Source: Fimbriosthenelais zetlandica
Taxonomy: Eukaryota
Assembly (NCBI GenBank): GCA_977030845.1
Contig: OZ365119.1
Coordinates: 8,804,001 to 8,868,000 of the forward strand
Reading direction: 5' to 3'
DNA: 64,000 nt
The notes under the pieces were generated by a model. It saw only the letters and a list, made by a program, of their open reading frames with translations, was not told where the DNA came from and did no database searches. Shown here piece after piece: positions 26,549 through 40,295 of this stretch (its first letter is position 1; every line of letters begins with the position of its first letter). The translations under genes and the position numbers were made by a program.

Positions 26549-27924
26549 CTGTAAAAATACAAAACAAACTTTACTTAAACTTTCATTCAAATTTACTAAA
26601 CGGATGACAAACCTTTTTGCCACAAAGTACAGAATAAAACAAATACACAGAACAGAATGTCCTGAAATATGAGAATTGATGGGGTGTATTATAGGCCCCT
26701 ACATGTATTTGGTGTGGATACTTGTTGTGGATGTCAAATTTACTACAGCAGCAGACATTCATTTTACCCAAATACCTACAGAACAACAGAACAAATGTAC
26801 AGAACAAGTGACAGCCATTATTAAATTTCATCAGATCTTGAATGACTTGAATCTTGAAAGAAATAAAACTTTGTCCTCTTGGTACAGCAGTCTTAAGACC
26901 TTACTTTCTAGTAGTGGAACTCTAAGAAACACAGTGGTGAAGTTATTTGTTTTTCTGACTGTTGACTTTGCCCGGGAAAACAAGCCTGATTTGGCAGGGA
27001 AATAAGACCACCGTCAATGACAATCGAGTTAGCAGTCCGCCTGTACATGGGCCACCTCCCGTTTAATCCCATTGCTCGGCCAAGTTCGGCCAGAAGATTT
27101 CCAACGAAAAACCGCACCAAACTTTATCTCAGACATACGGTTCCACCAGTGTTGATCAGAGTGACAAAAAGGCTCCTGAAACAACAGTTTATCATTGACA
27201 AAGAAATAGATAAAGACCAAATTTATTAAAGTGCGTGGCCTTCAACCACTTGGGTTCAAGACTTCAAATTCCTTTTAAAATTCCCAAGTGTCTTCCCCAC
27301 TTCCGGGTAAAGTTGCCGTTGATGTTGACACGACTGTGGTGCCTTCTTTTGGCAGGATTGATGCACTACTGTACTGTGGCACGACATTAGAAAGCAGACC
27401 ACGTTCCCCTCTCCAAGACTTAATTACATTCTCTTCACTGGCTGGCATCGCGAAAACCAAGTGCCAAAAGAAAACCCTTGCTGTCCCATCCCTTCCACAT
27501 GAGGTGACCATACTTGTCCCTTAGGAAACAACCACCAAAAATTAAATCAAATTCCTGAGCTGCATCAGGAATTCATTGAGACTTTTGTACTTTCAATATC
27601 TCATTGGAGGAAGTCAAAATGTTTGTGATAAATGGAGAAAAGCAACCGGTTCATAGCCTGGACGTTCTGTCTAAATATTGAACCAGTACCGCGGGTCACT
27701 GATAGGGGGCGTGCTGGATGTATTGACTCTTTCACACGCCAGGGGTCAGCAGGGGATGGGCTGCTGGCAACCAGGCTCACACGCCATTGGTCCAATTTGA
27801 TTAGCTTTCTGCCACTAGGTGAGCCTCTAATGAAGGGCCTGGAGTTGGGGGTAAAGTGAGGAATACTCCAGTCACCTGAGGGCCCTCTCCAACTAGACAC
27901 TCTCAAAAATATGTGGCCAGGAAA

Positions 27925-28045
27925 AGCAAGAGAGATGGATAGAGCGAGAGAGAGACAGAGAGAGAGGGAGAGAAAAGGAGAGATAGAGAGAGGGAGAGAA
28001 AAGGAGAGATAGAGAGAGAAAGTGAGAGAGAGAGAAACAGTGAGA
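27925..28045. repeat. GA-rich low-complexity repeat
   Basis: Purine tract with an internal duplication of agagagggagagaaaaggagagatag. Confidence 0.92.
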
Positions 28046-31000
28046 GCCAGGGCTCTAATAAAAGATAGGTTGATGCAATCAGGTGTTTAGGATCCAGTAT
28101 GTAATTGGGATAACCATTACTGTTGTGATGAGTGCCAGTGCTTCATTGGGATCACACTCGAGTGCAGCGCAAAAATTGGGTTTTTATAAGCTATACTATA
28201 TGGGTTTGAAAAGGTTTGGTAAAGAGGCGTAAAACATGTAAGTAGTTCATGGAAATGGGAAACATTGGATGGGTAGTATTACACTGTAAGTAGTATACCT
28301 GGCCATTTATGTGTAGTATACTAAAAGTTGCATTTAAATCTGGGACAACTACACAATGTATAGAGAGAAAGTAACGAAGAAGAAACACCGTGGTGAAGTG
28401 TGTTGTCAATAGGTATTTGCCCCAGGCAGCGGTTCCATTTTACACCAAGCAGCCCTCCAATCAACACCTACAGTTTTTTTATACGCCTGAAATTGGCAAT
28501 TTCTTATCCCGACCAATCAAATTGACATACAAACCAGCCTCATTCTTATCATTCTCCCATAGCTGACCAATCAGCGGGAAACACGAAGGTCACATGACCA
28601 CAAATCTTACTCAATGTTCCCTTGAATGAAGGTGATTGTTCAACTGAACATCAAGTTCAGCCAATTGTTGTAATCTTTCCAATTCTTTCAGTAACATGAT
28701 TGTGGGAAATAGCGATGTATAAAACAACTGTAAAGACCTTGTGTACAAGTATGTGACTTCACTAGTAAGAGCACTAAGTCGTAGCGTTTTAAGTTGAGTG
28801 GGATGAGGGAATGGGAGTAGTGAGAGTAAAGAACTGTAGTATTTGTTATCGAGACGCCCTAACGACTCTCTTATCTCTAACATGGTAGGAACACTAGCCG
28901 ACTCCCCAGCATTCACCAGCTCCCTGTGAGACGTCTCGTCTACAGTCAGGATCCGCTATCTATTACCTACAACACGCTTTGAACGTGGTTAATACAAGTA
29001 GACTTAAAACAAAGACGCTTTAGGAAGTAGAGAAAGGAAAGATCGCTCTTAGGGAGCAAGAACAACATCCTCTCAAAGGATAGCAATTAATGATAAGTCT
29101 CTAGAGAGGAGAAGTCTCATGAATAAGATATCCGAAAGCATCTGTCATTGCTGTGCTGTTTAAAACTTAGAGAACTATACAGAGACATGTTCTAAGATCA
29201 GGGGAAGATCCAGAGTGGGTCCTTTTAGAGATGATTCCTTGTAGTTTAATATGTAAATCTTTTGGGCCCCAAAGCTGGCCCCTTGGCAGATATTAGCCAA
29301 CTACCCCAATTTCCAAAATCTTGGATCAACCATTGAAAATGGTATATAATTTGTCAGTATTGTATCGAGATGAGTCCTCACTCTGATAAAGTATACCGCG
29401 CATGGGAGGTCGGTCTCGCGTATATTGACATTATGCTCAACCTTTCGCCCTCCCCACCTTTTCCACCCACTTTTCCTGCGCCATAGATGGTGCCCTGAGC
29501 CAGGCCATCTGGGAAGGGCAGTAAAGGCACGACTTTCTATTATCTATCTCATTCTTACTGGCATATAGAGAGCTACCAAGGGACCTAGCATCGTTCCCAG
29601 AGCTTACTGCCTCTTTGCTGCTGTATTTTCAAAAAAGGACAAAATCACCAACATTTTCCTCTTCGCTGATACTTCCGAAAGCAAGCAAATGAGTCCTATT
29701 CAAGAATTTATATTGTTTGTGTAAGAGGAAATTCAGTATTTCAGCAAAGGAAATCCATGTGTAAAAATGGCTAATGTTTTGAGGGAGGCTAAAACTGATG
29801 GCTGCCTCTCACATGAGTTAATTCTGATCACCAGTAGGTCTGACAAACAACAGCTTTTAAGTGGCAGAGAGTTAAAATTGATAGTATTGATGGACAGATT
29901 ATTACTGAGCAAGATGGCAAGATTTTCTCCATTTCAATAATGAGCCTTATCGGAGGTTCATTAACGAAGTAATTTATCTCCCCGATCATGCGCGGGACCT
30001 CCATTCCCCTCAGGGAAGCGATCATACTTTCACTAAATCGAAACGATACATAAAAGCTACAGTTCCAGATCGATTTACCAAACTGAAATGACACAGACTG
30101 TACCTTTTATGTGTGCTAAAACTCCTTTAAAAATACAGTAATTCATGAAACTATGGCTAATCGGGTCAGGCACGTGCTTTAGATGGCCGCTGTGGAAAGC
30201 ATTTTTGGTTTTATTCCGATGAAGGCGTTAGAACAGCAAAAAAGGTCACTCTGTATGTCACTTTACTACTGTAAAGTGTATTTCAGACATTTGTTTCAGA
30301 GCTGGGGAGGTTAGAAGTTATTTTATTGGTAGCGGTAGTGAAGCCTCCCATCTTCAGGCCTGTGGGGTTATCTGGGCTGATGGGAGGGCTGTTTCGGTAT
30401 AGCTATGAGCGGGCACAGTCCATCATGGACCACCATAACAGCTCCCTAGTGAGCGCTAGATGTAAAACAGCTGAACCTCAGAGAGCCGGACCTATGGTCC
30501 CTGACATACAATACATACAGGCCTGGCACATACGTCTTGTATATCATATTGGTTACGAGTGACTGAGTATTTGTTCAACGTCCAGTTGGCTCTAGGTTAC
30601 TATTGTCCATGTCAATTTGTTTACAAGACTCTGATGAGATTTCCTCCAGTAATTATGCTATTCCCCTATAGGGTATGTCATTTTGTTCTTGTTATGTATG
30701 TCGTAGGGACCTTTCAAATTTTTTTCTTCCAAACTTGACCCCCAGCCCCCATAAACCTAGGATACAATGTTAATATTTGAATGGCAACCCACGTGAAAAA
30801 GTAAGACCTTAGAACATTATTACATAAAGAAAGCATTGCACAGTTTCTTATGGAGGAAACTAACATTTACTCCTCCAGTTTATATTCATTTTCGACGGCC
30901 CCCTGCTTTCCCGAGCATCCATTTAGATCAATATTAAAGATATTAACCCAACAAGTGGCTCTTTCTCTTGCCCTGCTGTTCCTGCTCCTCCAGTCCCACA

Positions 31001-34000
31001 GTTAATCTCAGTCGTTGCCATGTCGTCTGTCAATTATTTAGTTGTATCGCCGCCGGGCGTCCATGGCTCTGTCTGTGCTGGTTCTCCTCACATCATGACC
31101 GCCCCATCTGACCTTCACAGCATGTCTCATCCGACCTCTCATCTCTCCCACAAGGGGGAGCTTGATGACCCCTTCCCACTGCTGAGCAAACTCTAGGTCT
31201 TATTTCTTCTATTGCTGCATAACTTCCTCATGGCCAATACATTTTGTTTAACGTCAATTTCAACCATTTTAAGTTATCTCATGACGGTACCTATTTGTGA
31301 CAGTGAACCCTATAAGGGCTGCCTCACTGCGGTATCATGTCACATGACCCAGAGGTACAAGAGGCTGTGGCCAACCCATAAGGCTTTCCTTCTGGACTTG
31401 CTCAACAAAGTGTCCGTTCAAAAATGTTTAATACTCTCTACCACTGCTGAGGGCTAATTTAGGGAGCCACCAATTGTTTGTACTGTATGAGTCAATATAT
31501 TCAATATGAGAACGAGCAAAGGATATATATAGATCCAAAGAGAGGTCCATGCAGCGGTGTCCGTCCTTTAAGAAGGAATCAGAGCTGAGATAAATTACTA
31601 GAAAGCTTGCAATTAGTTTTTGCTGCGCATGATACATGACCAAGTGTCTCCTTTGGCCAAAAGCCAGTCGGCAAATCAGGCTCACCATTAATGGGCAGGC
31701 TTAATGTGTGAACAGGTGAGCTGTGGGGGGCGTGGGAGAGAGCGGGGGACGTCAGCTTGTTAAGGCAGGTTCTGATCAGGAGGAACCTGCAGGGGTATAC
31801 CGCTGGTGGGGAAAGGCCGAGTTAATTGAAATTGATGGCTAGGACAACATGTATAAATTGATGTGCATTAAGAACAGTGTGTTAACTAGCTGCCAGTCTT
31901 AACACTTTAGCCTACACCTTATGTCATAACACCCACTATGTGAACAATGGGAAAGAACCCTCTATGATAAATGGTCACAGATATATGCCCAGTTCAAGTT
32001 CAAGTTGCTAGGTAGGGCTTCAATGGTGTCCTCAGACTGGAAAAAGACCATGAATCGGTGGCCCAAGAATGCATTATATTTCCCTGATGAAGTCCACGCG
32101 CTTGTTCCCATTGCTAACTCATGGATAGTAGTCGATCCCTTCTGCCTCTCCAAGGGTATCCCCATCCCTCATAAATATTCCCATACATCATTTGATGGTG
32201 CCTTGACAAAAACCAATGCAGTTTTACTCTTAAATGGTCTGGGGCTTGCAACTGTTGCTTGTTATGCTAAATGCCTGCATAAAAAGTGCCTTTTATCAGC
32301 AGAGATAATAATGATTCATGGCTATGATGAATCTTCCTAAATTCAACACTGTAAATGGAGGCTTTATTGGATAAGGTGTTATTAGTATGAGTGTGACCCA
32401 TATTGGAGACCTGCTTTATATTGATTATAGCCGGGATTTGTTGAGATATGTGGCTGATATAGGAGTTAATTAGAATAGGGCGGGAGATGTTAGTATAGCC
32501 AACACCAGGATGCGCCACTGATTGATTCCCAGCGCCGTGAATTAGGTCACTATTTGAACATGGAAATAAACCATTCTATTAGAAGTGACAGCCAACGTAA
32601 AAAGAAAGTGACATTAAAATATGACTTGTAAAACTTTCATAAGGACCGCCAGTGTTATAAAATGTATGAGTTTTTTTTCACGATTGTCCACATTACAGTC
32701 GTTTTTTGTTGGTACCTCCAAGGTTTATTCTCAGAGGGAGACGTTGCTTTCTGAAAGACGCAAGCTTTCTAAAAGATGCAACAAGGAGAATTAAGTTTGT
32801 TAGAGCGTGAATGAATCAGAGTCTGGTGTGTATTACATTAGAGTCTACAGTAAAGCTCTGGTGATGGGCACTTTACCGTTGAAGGTATGCTGTATAAGAC
32901 ATTTATTCCCGCTGGGCTTCGTTTTAATTCCTCGGCTTTCTGCCTCATTCTGCAAACCCTCTGGGAATCTATTACTGTCTAGCAATCAAAGAGACGAGGC
33001 TCTGTCCATGTCATTTCAAACTGTATACTCCCAGGGTGTCCAAAGTTCCCCTGACAGTGACAGCCCCGGAACCATTGCCTCTGCATGTCTGAACAAAACT
33101 CTCCCCTGTTTCCCTGCCCTTCAGTCAGAAACAATTCAAATCAAAGTTTCCAGTGCCTGTGCTTAAAAGCATTACTACTTGTAGGCCCTTCCTTGGATGG
33201 AGAACTCATTGACAGTGTTTCTGACTAAATCAAATTAGTTTGAGTATTTTGCAAGTGGCATAAACCATCTCATCCAGAAAACACTTTCGTTGGAATAAAA
33301 TCCCACAGAGAACAATGGACTGATTGTCATATTGTCATTTTGATCAGCTGTCAGTGTTGACAGCTATGTTTATACACGGCTGTCAGTGGTACATGATATA
33401 GAATACTTGGCCTGGATTTACAATGATAGCCAGGCGAATCCCGCTGTCACACTTCCACTATCGCCTGTCACTTTATGATAAACCCTTATCTCATATTAAA
33501 TCTTTTTAAGTAGTTCTGTGCGACAACATTAATGCCACTCTTATTTCACCAAGATTTAAGACGTGGAAGAAATGCCTTCTGCACAAGATGAACAGATGAA
33601 TAATTTGATCGAAAAACGAAAAGAAAAAGTGGAAGAGTCGGAAAGCAATTTCTCTGACTTAATCTACCCAAATAGGGACGCCATATATTGTTATCTGGTC
33701 GTGATGTGACTCTTATCGTTGGTTATCAGACGCTGACAATCAGTCAGAGAGTGCTCCGAGCATGACAATTTCTCACTGAATGAGTCATAGTGACAGAAAG
33801 CGGGGGAGGGAGGGAAAATGGGGAGAGATGGGGGATGGTGAGGGGGAGAGATGGGGGATGGCAAGGGGGAGAAGAGACAGAGGTGCAAGGGAAGTGGCCC
33901 AACTCATCAGGGTTTCTTTTAAAAAAATCCACTGAGAAAAACTTGAAATGTTCTGGACTTGTTCAACAAAGTGTACTTTCACAAATGTCCTGGTAAAGGG

Positions 34001-34489
34001 TTGTTAGCCCAAACGGAATCGTTTCTTGGGTTTTTCTTCTTAAATGCAATGCCTCCCATATACCAACATGACCTGATTTCTAAAAGGCCTGACAAATATT
34101 TAAATATTCTGCAACAGATAAAGATCAAAGAGGGATTTTTGTGATAGCGTCCTTCGCCCTGTGACAGATCAGAAGAGGCGAGAGTGCCAGCTAGGTCTCA
34201 AGGGATCGATACATTCCTTCACAACCAGATTAAATTCCCAAACTAAAAAAAAAAGCAAATGAATCTCCCACGACAAATATTTAGAAAAAAAATGTTAATG
34301 GTGGCATCCTGAGCGTGATCAGTGACTCACGTCGGGCCTGGAATCCTAAAGTGGATGACAAGAGCTGATCCCTGGGATCGACTTTAAGGGTTTCTGACAC
34401 CAAATCAGAGAACTGACTGAGCGCCAAACCAACTTGACACAAATTTGAACATCCTACACCTCAGAATGAATCCTCAACTTGCGATGATT

Positions 34490-34800
34490 TATGCCCTTGT
34501 ATTAAACTGCTGTGTAATACAGTGATGAAGATCGCATTAGATGAAAGTTTTAACAAATGTCATGGCATATGTATAAAACTAACATTTAGTGTTCTACTTT
34601 CCAGTTTCCCCAGATCTTTAAGCCTATTCATGACCAATTGCACCATCAGTCTATCCGTTGCCTTGGTGCCAACACAACTCAGACTGCTCCAAAGTGATGT
34701 ATTCAAGTATTCATTTATGCTATTCATATTCACATTTCCAAAAAGCTTTCTGTAGAGAAGTACCTCCCCACCTTTCTATATTTCTTTGCCATCCATCACG
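34490..34800 (-). mobile_element. Possible decayed LINE APE-endonuclease fragment
   Basis: A mostly open minus frame KGGEVLLYRKLF...TSLWSSL...DRLMVQLVMNR resembles the APE block (R)KGGGVLLY...ESLW...L(I/V)G.VYR. The similarity is weak. Confidence 0.27.
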
Positions 34801-36399
34801 CTCGTACATATAGGAGCAATTTGCAAGTAAATGGTCACAGATCTATACTCATTCCAACTGGAGAACTTGTGAGGTAGGGCCTGGAGGGGGTGTTGTCTGC
34901 GACAATTTCATTCACTCCATCCCTCGCCTTCTCAATCCGAACCAAATCCATCAAGTTGAATCAGAGACGCTACATTCTTATAGGGACAAACATCCTCATT
35001 TGTCCTATTCTTTCTACTCGAACAGTCACTGAATTTAAAACGCCAACAGTTTTTAACTGTTGAAAAGATTCCAGTTTTTTTCAATTTCTTTAGAGCACAG
35101 CAGATCAATATGAGAGAGTAGCGAAAAACGAGGCAGTCCTTGGAATAAAGCAGCCTAGCAGATATTGGCTTCATTAGTTTAAGGACCGGTTCGATTCAAA
35201 GGATTTAAACCTAACAAACTTATTCAAACATATTCATCAGTGTGCTAATTATCTCCTGTTTGTCCTTCGTTAATTAATTCTGGGCTGAAGGCACAGTGAG
35301 ATTCGTGTATGTTCAACAAGGGATGAGGAATTCTCTTAGCAGAGTTAGAGAGGGTGCAGTAACTGCTAACTGAATCGACAATACCAGTATGTTGAAATCG
35401 TCCTATCGCTTCATGTTCACCATTTGCCTCTCCCTGAATTATTCAATTAACAGGAAGGGAACCCCTTCACTTAGCACTCTTTCATGCTGAAATATCGATA
35501 AAAGAAGGAACAGAACCTCAAGTGTTTGTAACAAGTATCATACACTTTATGAGAGATCTGGTTCATGTCCTTGTAGTCATCACAGACCTGTCTTCCCTCT
35601 AGATGTCCTTATAAAACCTGCATTTTGTAGCTCTTTCAGAATTTCACTTGGGCAAAGTTTTTAAAAAGTCCACTACTAGGCCCCAACATGGCCCTGAATA
35701 CCCCGTTCCCCCTGCTCCCAGCAGGGACTATTTGCTGGCTGGCTGGCGTAGGAATCGTGTAAGGCCATGTTATCAGATGGGACTATTTGTGACAAGTGAA
35801 TGGTCTGGAATACTGATAAGCCAAGCTGCTAGACCTGCAGCGGGAGACTTGTCATACCCTCTCTGAATATCGCCCATCTTACTTGATTCATTTAGAAGGG
35901 CGACATGCGAGGAGGTCGCTTTTTATCATGTGAGCCTCTTCGCATGTGAGTCTTCCGCCACCATGACAGCATTTCAACATCTTGAGACCCACTCTGGATT
36001 CATGAATAACTCAAATTCAAGAATGTATTTCTGGCACTTCTCGCATCAGAAGTTTGATTCCTCCTAGTTACCAAACGACCTGGGGCCTTTTTCAGCGTAA
36101 GAAAAATCCCATAGACTTAGTATTGCTAATGGTTATTCTGAAACAGGCCCCAAATTAGAGACCAGCCACATATGTACGTTAATCAAAAGAATTATTATCT
36201 ATTGGTATGTGATCAAATATGAAAGTGAGCCAGAATAACGCACGAGAGTTAAGATGGCATCAATACAGCCTAGCGCACCATCGCCACCTTTCTGTGGTAT
36301 TCCACTCATGTGGTGAACTCACGATTTACATAAGCAAGCTCCCTCATCCCTAGATTCCACCCTCAATCAAAAAACTGACAGAATGTCTCAAATTGGTGT

Positions 36400-36545
36400 T
36401 ATTGTAGGTCTGGGGGGTCTTTAGGATGTCCCCAGTCACCAGGGTTGTGATCGAAATATCAATCAAGCAGCAACAGCGTGCAGCCATGGGTCCACCTGCC
36501 TGTAGCAGGCGTGACATGCTTACACAAGCTACCACCAGTACAAGC
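36400..36545 (-). mobile_element. Possible decayed RTE-like LINE reverse-transcriptase fragment
   Basis: The minus frame VACVSMSRLLQAGGPMAARC...LVTGDIL resembles, from recall, the RT N-terminal block GxxxIxAELLKAGGxxMxxxL...WxxGxIP. The match is short and degenerate. Confidence 0.3.
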
Positions 36546-38978
36546 AGGTCCCTGGCTGGTGTGAATACTCTCAATGATAACCTGGAAAACAGCTGCAATC
36601 ACTCAATACCTCTACAGTTCGGTCGTACTTTTTGTACAGAATAATATAGGGTTTAGGGCCTTGATTTAACATTTCTACCCTCACATCCATCCATTCACTT
36701 GATTAATACATCTGCAATGTGCTCAAAGACATTTCACTGAAATGCTATACAATTTATAAGTATAGATCACATACAGCTTACATACCAACTCATTAGTTAG
36801 TTGTGGAAATGCATATCGCTATTGAATCTGTGCTTATTCATATGTAAAGGGTGTGTTACTGCATCTTTGGTATGACTGTCGTTATTCAGGTACTGAACTG
36901 GTGTGGAGCAGTGTATCTTGTATCGCTGAAAGAGGATCTAATGAAGGGCGTGTCACCCCCGTGTACCGATCTTCCACTGTATGATTAGGACATACAACTA
37001 CCATTGCCACCCGTGTGCTTGGCCTGCATAACAAGGCCCAAAAGATCGTTCTACTTTCGAAACCGAGAAAGGACGGGTGCCTTCAGGGATTTGGTAGTTG
37101 TTGAAAGAATAGAGCTCTACAAAATTGTTAAAAAGACAAGGGAGGGGACCTAGATAGTCCAGACTATATGAAGGATAAAATACTGAGGGTTGGAACCACT
37201 TTCCTAAGTAGGGTGAAGAATCTTAAGGTTTCGTTTGGTCTGACAAGAGGTCCCCAGAGTTTCCTGATTGGGATGAACATATATACAACGTTAGCCCACT
37301 CAAGTGGACAGACGCAAGCACCCGATATGAATACAAAACCAATCACATATAGTGAGAAAATGGCCGGTTCATACCTTCAACTTGCTCCTGCAAATCTTTC
37401 TTAAACAAAATAAAGGTCCAGGAGTATTGGCAAATATACGTAAGGCTAGATTCTATACATGTGTGTTGTTTTTATGCCCTGGATGTGCCAGAATATACAA
37501 AGTAACTTTTCACCACGGTGTCCTTGTAGTGATGGGTCAGAAGCAATTACCCTCAGAAATCCTAGTGGCGTGGACAGAGCACGAACGTGTCTGGTATTGA
37601 CTGAACTTATCCTGCTATAGCCGGTGAAGGGAGGTAAATCCACAACACAGACATATCTGTCCACTGCCTATATCCCGCCCCAGATCTACACCCTGTATCA
37701 TTCAGACCAGTTGATAGCAGAATGTAATTATGAGGCCTACTATCTGAAGCCCCGTTAAGCACTAACTACATTCCTTCTAGTGAGGTACAAAAACTTTCTC
37801 AAGATAATAATGATCTGCCTGCTTCCTGAGGAACATTTAAATTCAAAACCAGAGTCAGGAATGCCATGCAGGCCTTCAATATATCCCTGACAGTTCCATT
37901 GCCTTTTTTAACAGCTTCCTGCATTTTATTTTCATAAATTTTACCCACTGTTCTCCGCTGAAAATCGAATTACTCGGTGTGGTGGGAAGAGAACTGATGA
38001 GTAGAAAATTGGTGGACAAAAGTTCACCCTCTGTGGTTATTTGTCAAGTTTGGTTTTTATTAAAATGTGTCTCCATCCTTGCATGAGAATTACCCAGCCT
38101 TGCTCCAATGTCTTCTTCAAGAAAAGATGAAAAAAGTTTTCAACAAATGCTTCCCTTTCTCTGAAAGATGCATTTATTATGAAGAAGAACTGGAGAATGG
38201 AAAATGAGATCCTTTGTATTGGATAAAGTTTTCTACAGGTACTACTGATTAAGCTATATAATTTCAAACTATTGCATGTTTTCTTACTAATGTAAAGGAT
38301 GCTATTGATGTTTTCCCTTGGAAAACCGTGTGCAAGTTTTGTCCCATCTCATTTTTTTCCGACGCAGTGCCTTCGATAATTCCCCATGCTAAACCGATGC
38401 AAATCAATGCTTTTAAAAATGCGCTAAAAACCACATTATAATCCTCTTGAATAATTAAAAGTGTAAACATCAATAAATCCATCTTCCCAAGCCTGCCTAC
38501 AAACCTGTTGATCCGATAGCTGGATGATGTAGTGATGGGGGGTGGAGGGGGCTTGTAGTACACTTGTAAATGGGAGTGGGATAAGGCATTAAGGGGATTA
38601 ATGCATCCATGTGAGAACAAACCAGGGCTGTGACCCATCCTCCCTCAACCATTAGCCTAACCCACCCAATCATCGTCTTATCCCTTCAGCCATCTTTTGT
38701 CGCGCCTGTCGACGGATTCAACCCCTGGGACTTGAGAAACCAAACGATACCCATTCACCCATGGTCTGCTTAACAGGTTTACCGTTCTTAAAGTCAACAT
38801 GGAAATGAATACTAAATGTCCCCCCCCCCCAGCAATGTGTCAAAGTCCTGAGAAATATTACCATGTCCTTCATACTCTAGACGTCGAGAATCGCTTCTGG
38901 CAAATTACAAACTGCACTTTAGTTTTTACAATTTCAAGAAAGGCTATACCGTTATGGTCGTAGGGTTTACATGGTGAG

Positions 38979-39093
38979 GTTGCTATGGCAACATTTCTTC
39001 CCGTCCCCACTTTGTGTGTGCGCATTCATCTTAAGGAGTCGGCAGCAATCTAGCCGGGGTGCCCGCTGGTGGAAAATGCGTTTCCATAGCAAC
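38979..39093. promoter_or_regulatory. Paired RFX X-boxes
   Basis: gttgctatggcaac (38979-38992) and gtttccatagcaac (39080-39093) both match GTTNCYATRGNAAC and lie 101 bp apart. Confidence 0.6.
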
Positions 39094-39444
39094 AGGGGGA
39101 TTACTCTTGGTGCAATCAGCAAATTGGTTGTGCGAGCGACATGTGGTGAAATGGATGAGACACTGGAGGGAAATATCATGAATCAGGTTTTGGTTGTGGA
39201 CGAGACAGAGAGACAAGTGGCTTAAGATCTCAGCGAAAAACAGTTTATGTTGTGGCTACATGAGTCCTTCTGGCCTCTTCCCCAACTACTTTTGTGTGGA
39301 ATTCTAATTAGAAAGAGATTAGATGAATTGGTTCGGAATGAACCAGTTACAAAGAAAGAAATGGTTGATAAAATTATGGTGAAAACGCTGGCTGGAACCT
39401 GAGCTAGATGAGACAAGACATTGAAACTTGGAGACTGAGATAAC

Positions 39445-39915
39445 TGTTACTTTGGTCAATAGGTTGGATAGTGTTTCTGACTGAAAGAACTGTTCATTAG
39501 AGAGGCTGTGTTTGTTAGCTATGGTCAACATAGGTTTCATTTTGTTCCTGACTGAGAGAATTGTTTATTAGCAGCTGCTGTGTTTGATAATACTTTGGTC
39601 AACAGGTTTGGATTTTGTTTCTGACTGAGAGAATTGTTTATAACAGACGCTGTGTTTGTTGGCTATGGTCAACAGGTTTGGATTTTGTTGGTGGGGTCGT
39701 GGATGTCTATGACGCTGTGTTTGTTAGCTATGGTCAACAGGTTTGGGTTTTGTTCCTGACTGAGAGAATTGTTTATAACAGACGCTGTGTTTGTTAGCTA
39801 TGGTCAACAGGTTTGGGTTTTGTTGGTGGGGTCGTGGATGTCTATGACGGTGTGTTTGTTAGCTATGGTCAGGTTTGGGTTTTGTGGGTGGGTCGTGGAT
39901 GTCTAACGGTGTGTA
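39445..39915. repeat. Minisatellite with a constant ~41-bp core and two alternative spacers
   Basis: The core gctgtgtttgttagctatggtcaacaggtttggRttttgtt occurs about 7 times plus a partial copy. Spacers are A (cctgactgagagaattgtttataacagac) or B (ggtggggtcgtggatgtctatgac). Confidence 0.95.
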
Positions 39916-40078
39916 AGTAAGTGATTAATGAGGGTAAGCGGAGATTGTGCGGTGGTCAGGCGCATGCGCGGCTATTCTGCCGAGTCATTACCGGAAGCTG
40001 GGCCATCTTCTGACATGGTGTCCTCACATTACATCATTCACCCAGCTCCCTCTATCAGGCAGTCACTGAAACACAGGC

Positions 40079-40295
40079 CAGGGGCGCATTCAGTGGGGTT
40101 CGCTCGAACCCCCTTTTTCTGAAAGATCAGGCCAAAGAAAATGGCCACAGAAAGTCGGTGAGACAGTTTGAATCATATATGAGGGTTTCAGTAATGAACG
40201 GTCTCATTTATATGGGATTTCTTATGGGATATGGGGACATTGCTACCAACCCAACTCAAATTCGAACCCCCCTTTTCAAATTGCGGGAGGCCAGT
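40079..40295. mobile_element. Second copy of the short TIR-bounded element family
   Basis: It starts caggggcgcattcagtggggttcgctcgaacccccttttt and ends tcgaaccccccttttcaaattgcgggaggccagtg, with an internal gaacccccttt duplication. Confidence 0.45.

Noticed and set aside
27552-27580. miR-217-like word ctgcatcaggaa
   Set aside because: It is part of a small local hairpin (ttcctga/tcaggaa), with no pre-miRNA-length stem.
39445-39915. CRISPR-like repeat-spacer appearance
   Set aside because: The context is eukaryotic, only two spacer types recur, and there are no cas genes. It is a minisatellite.
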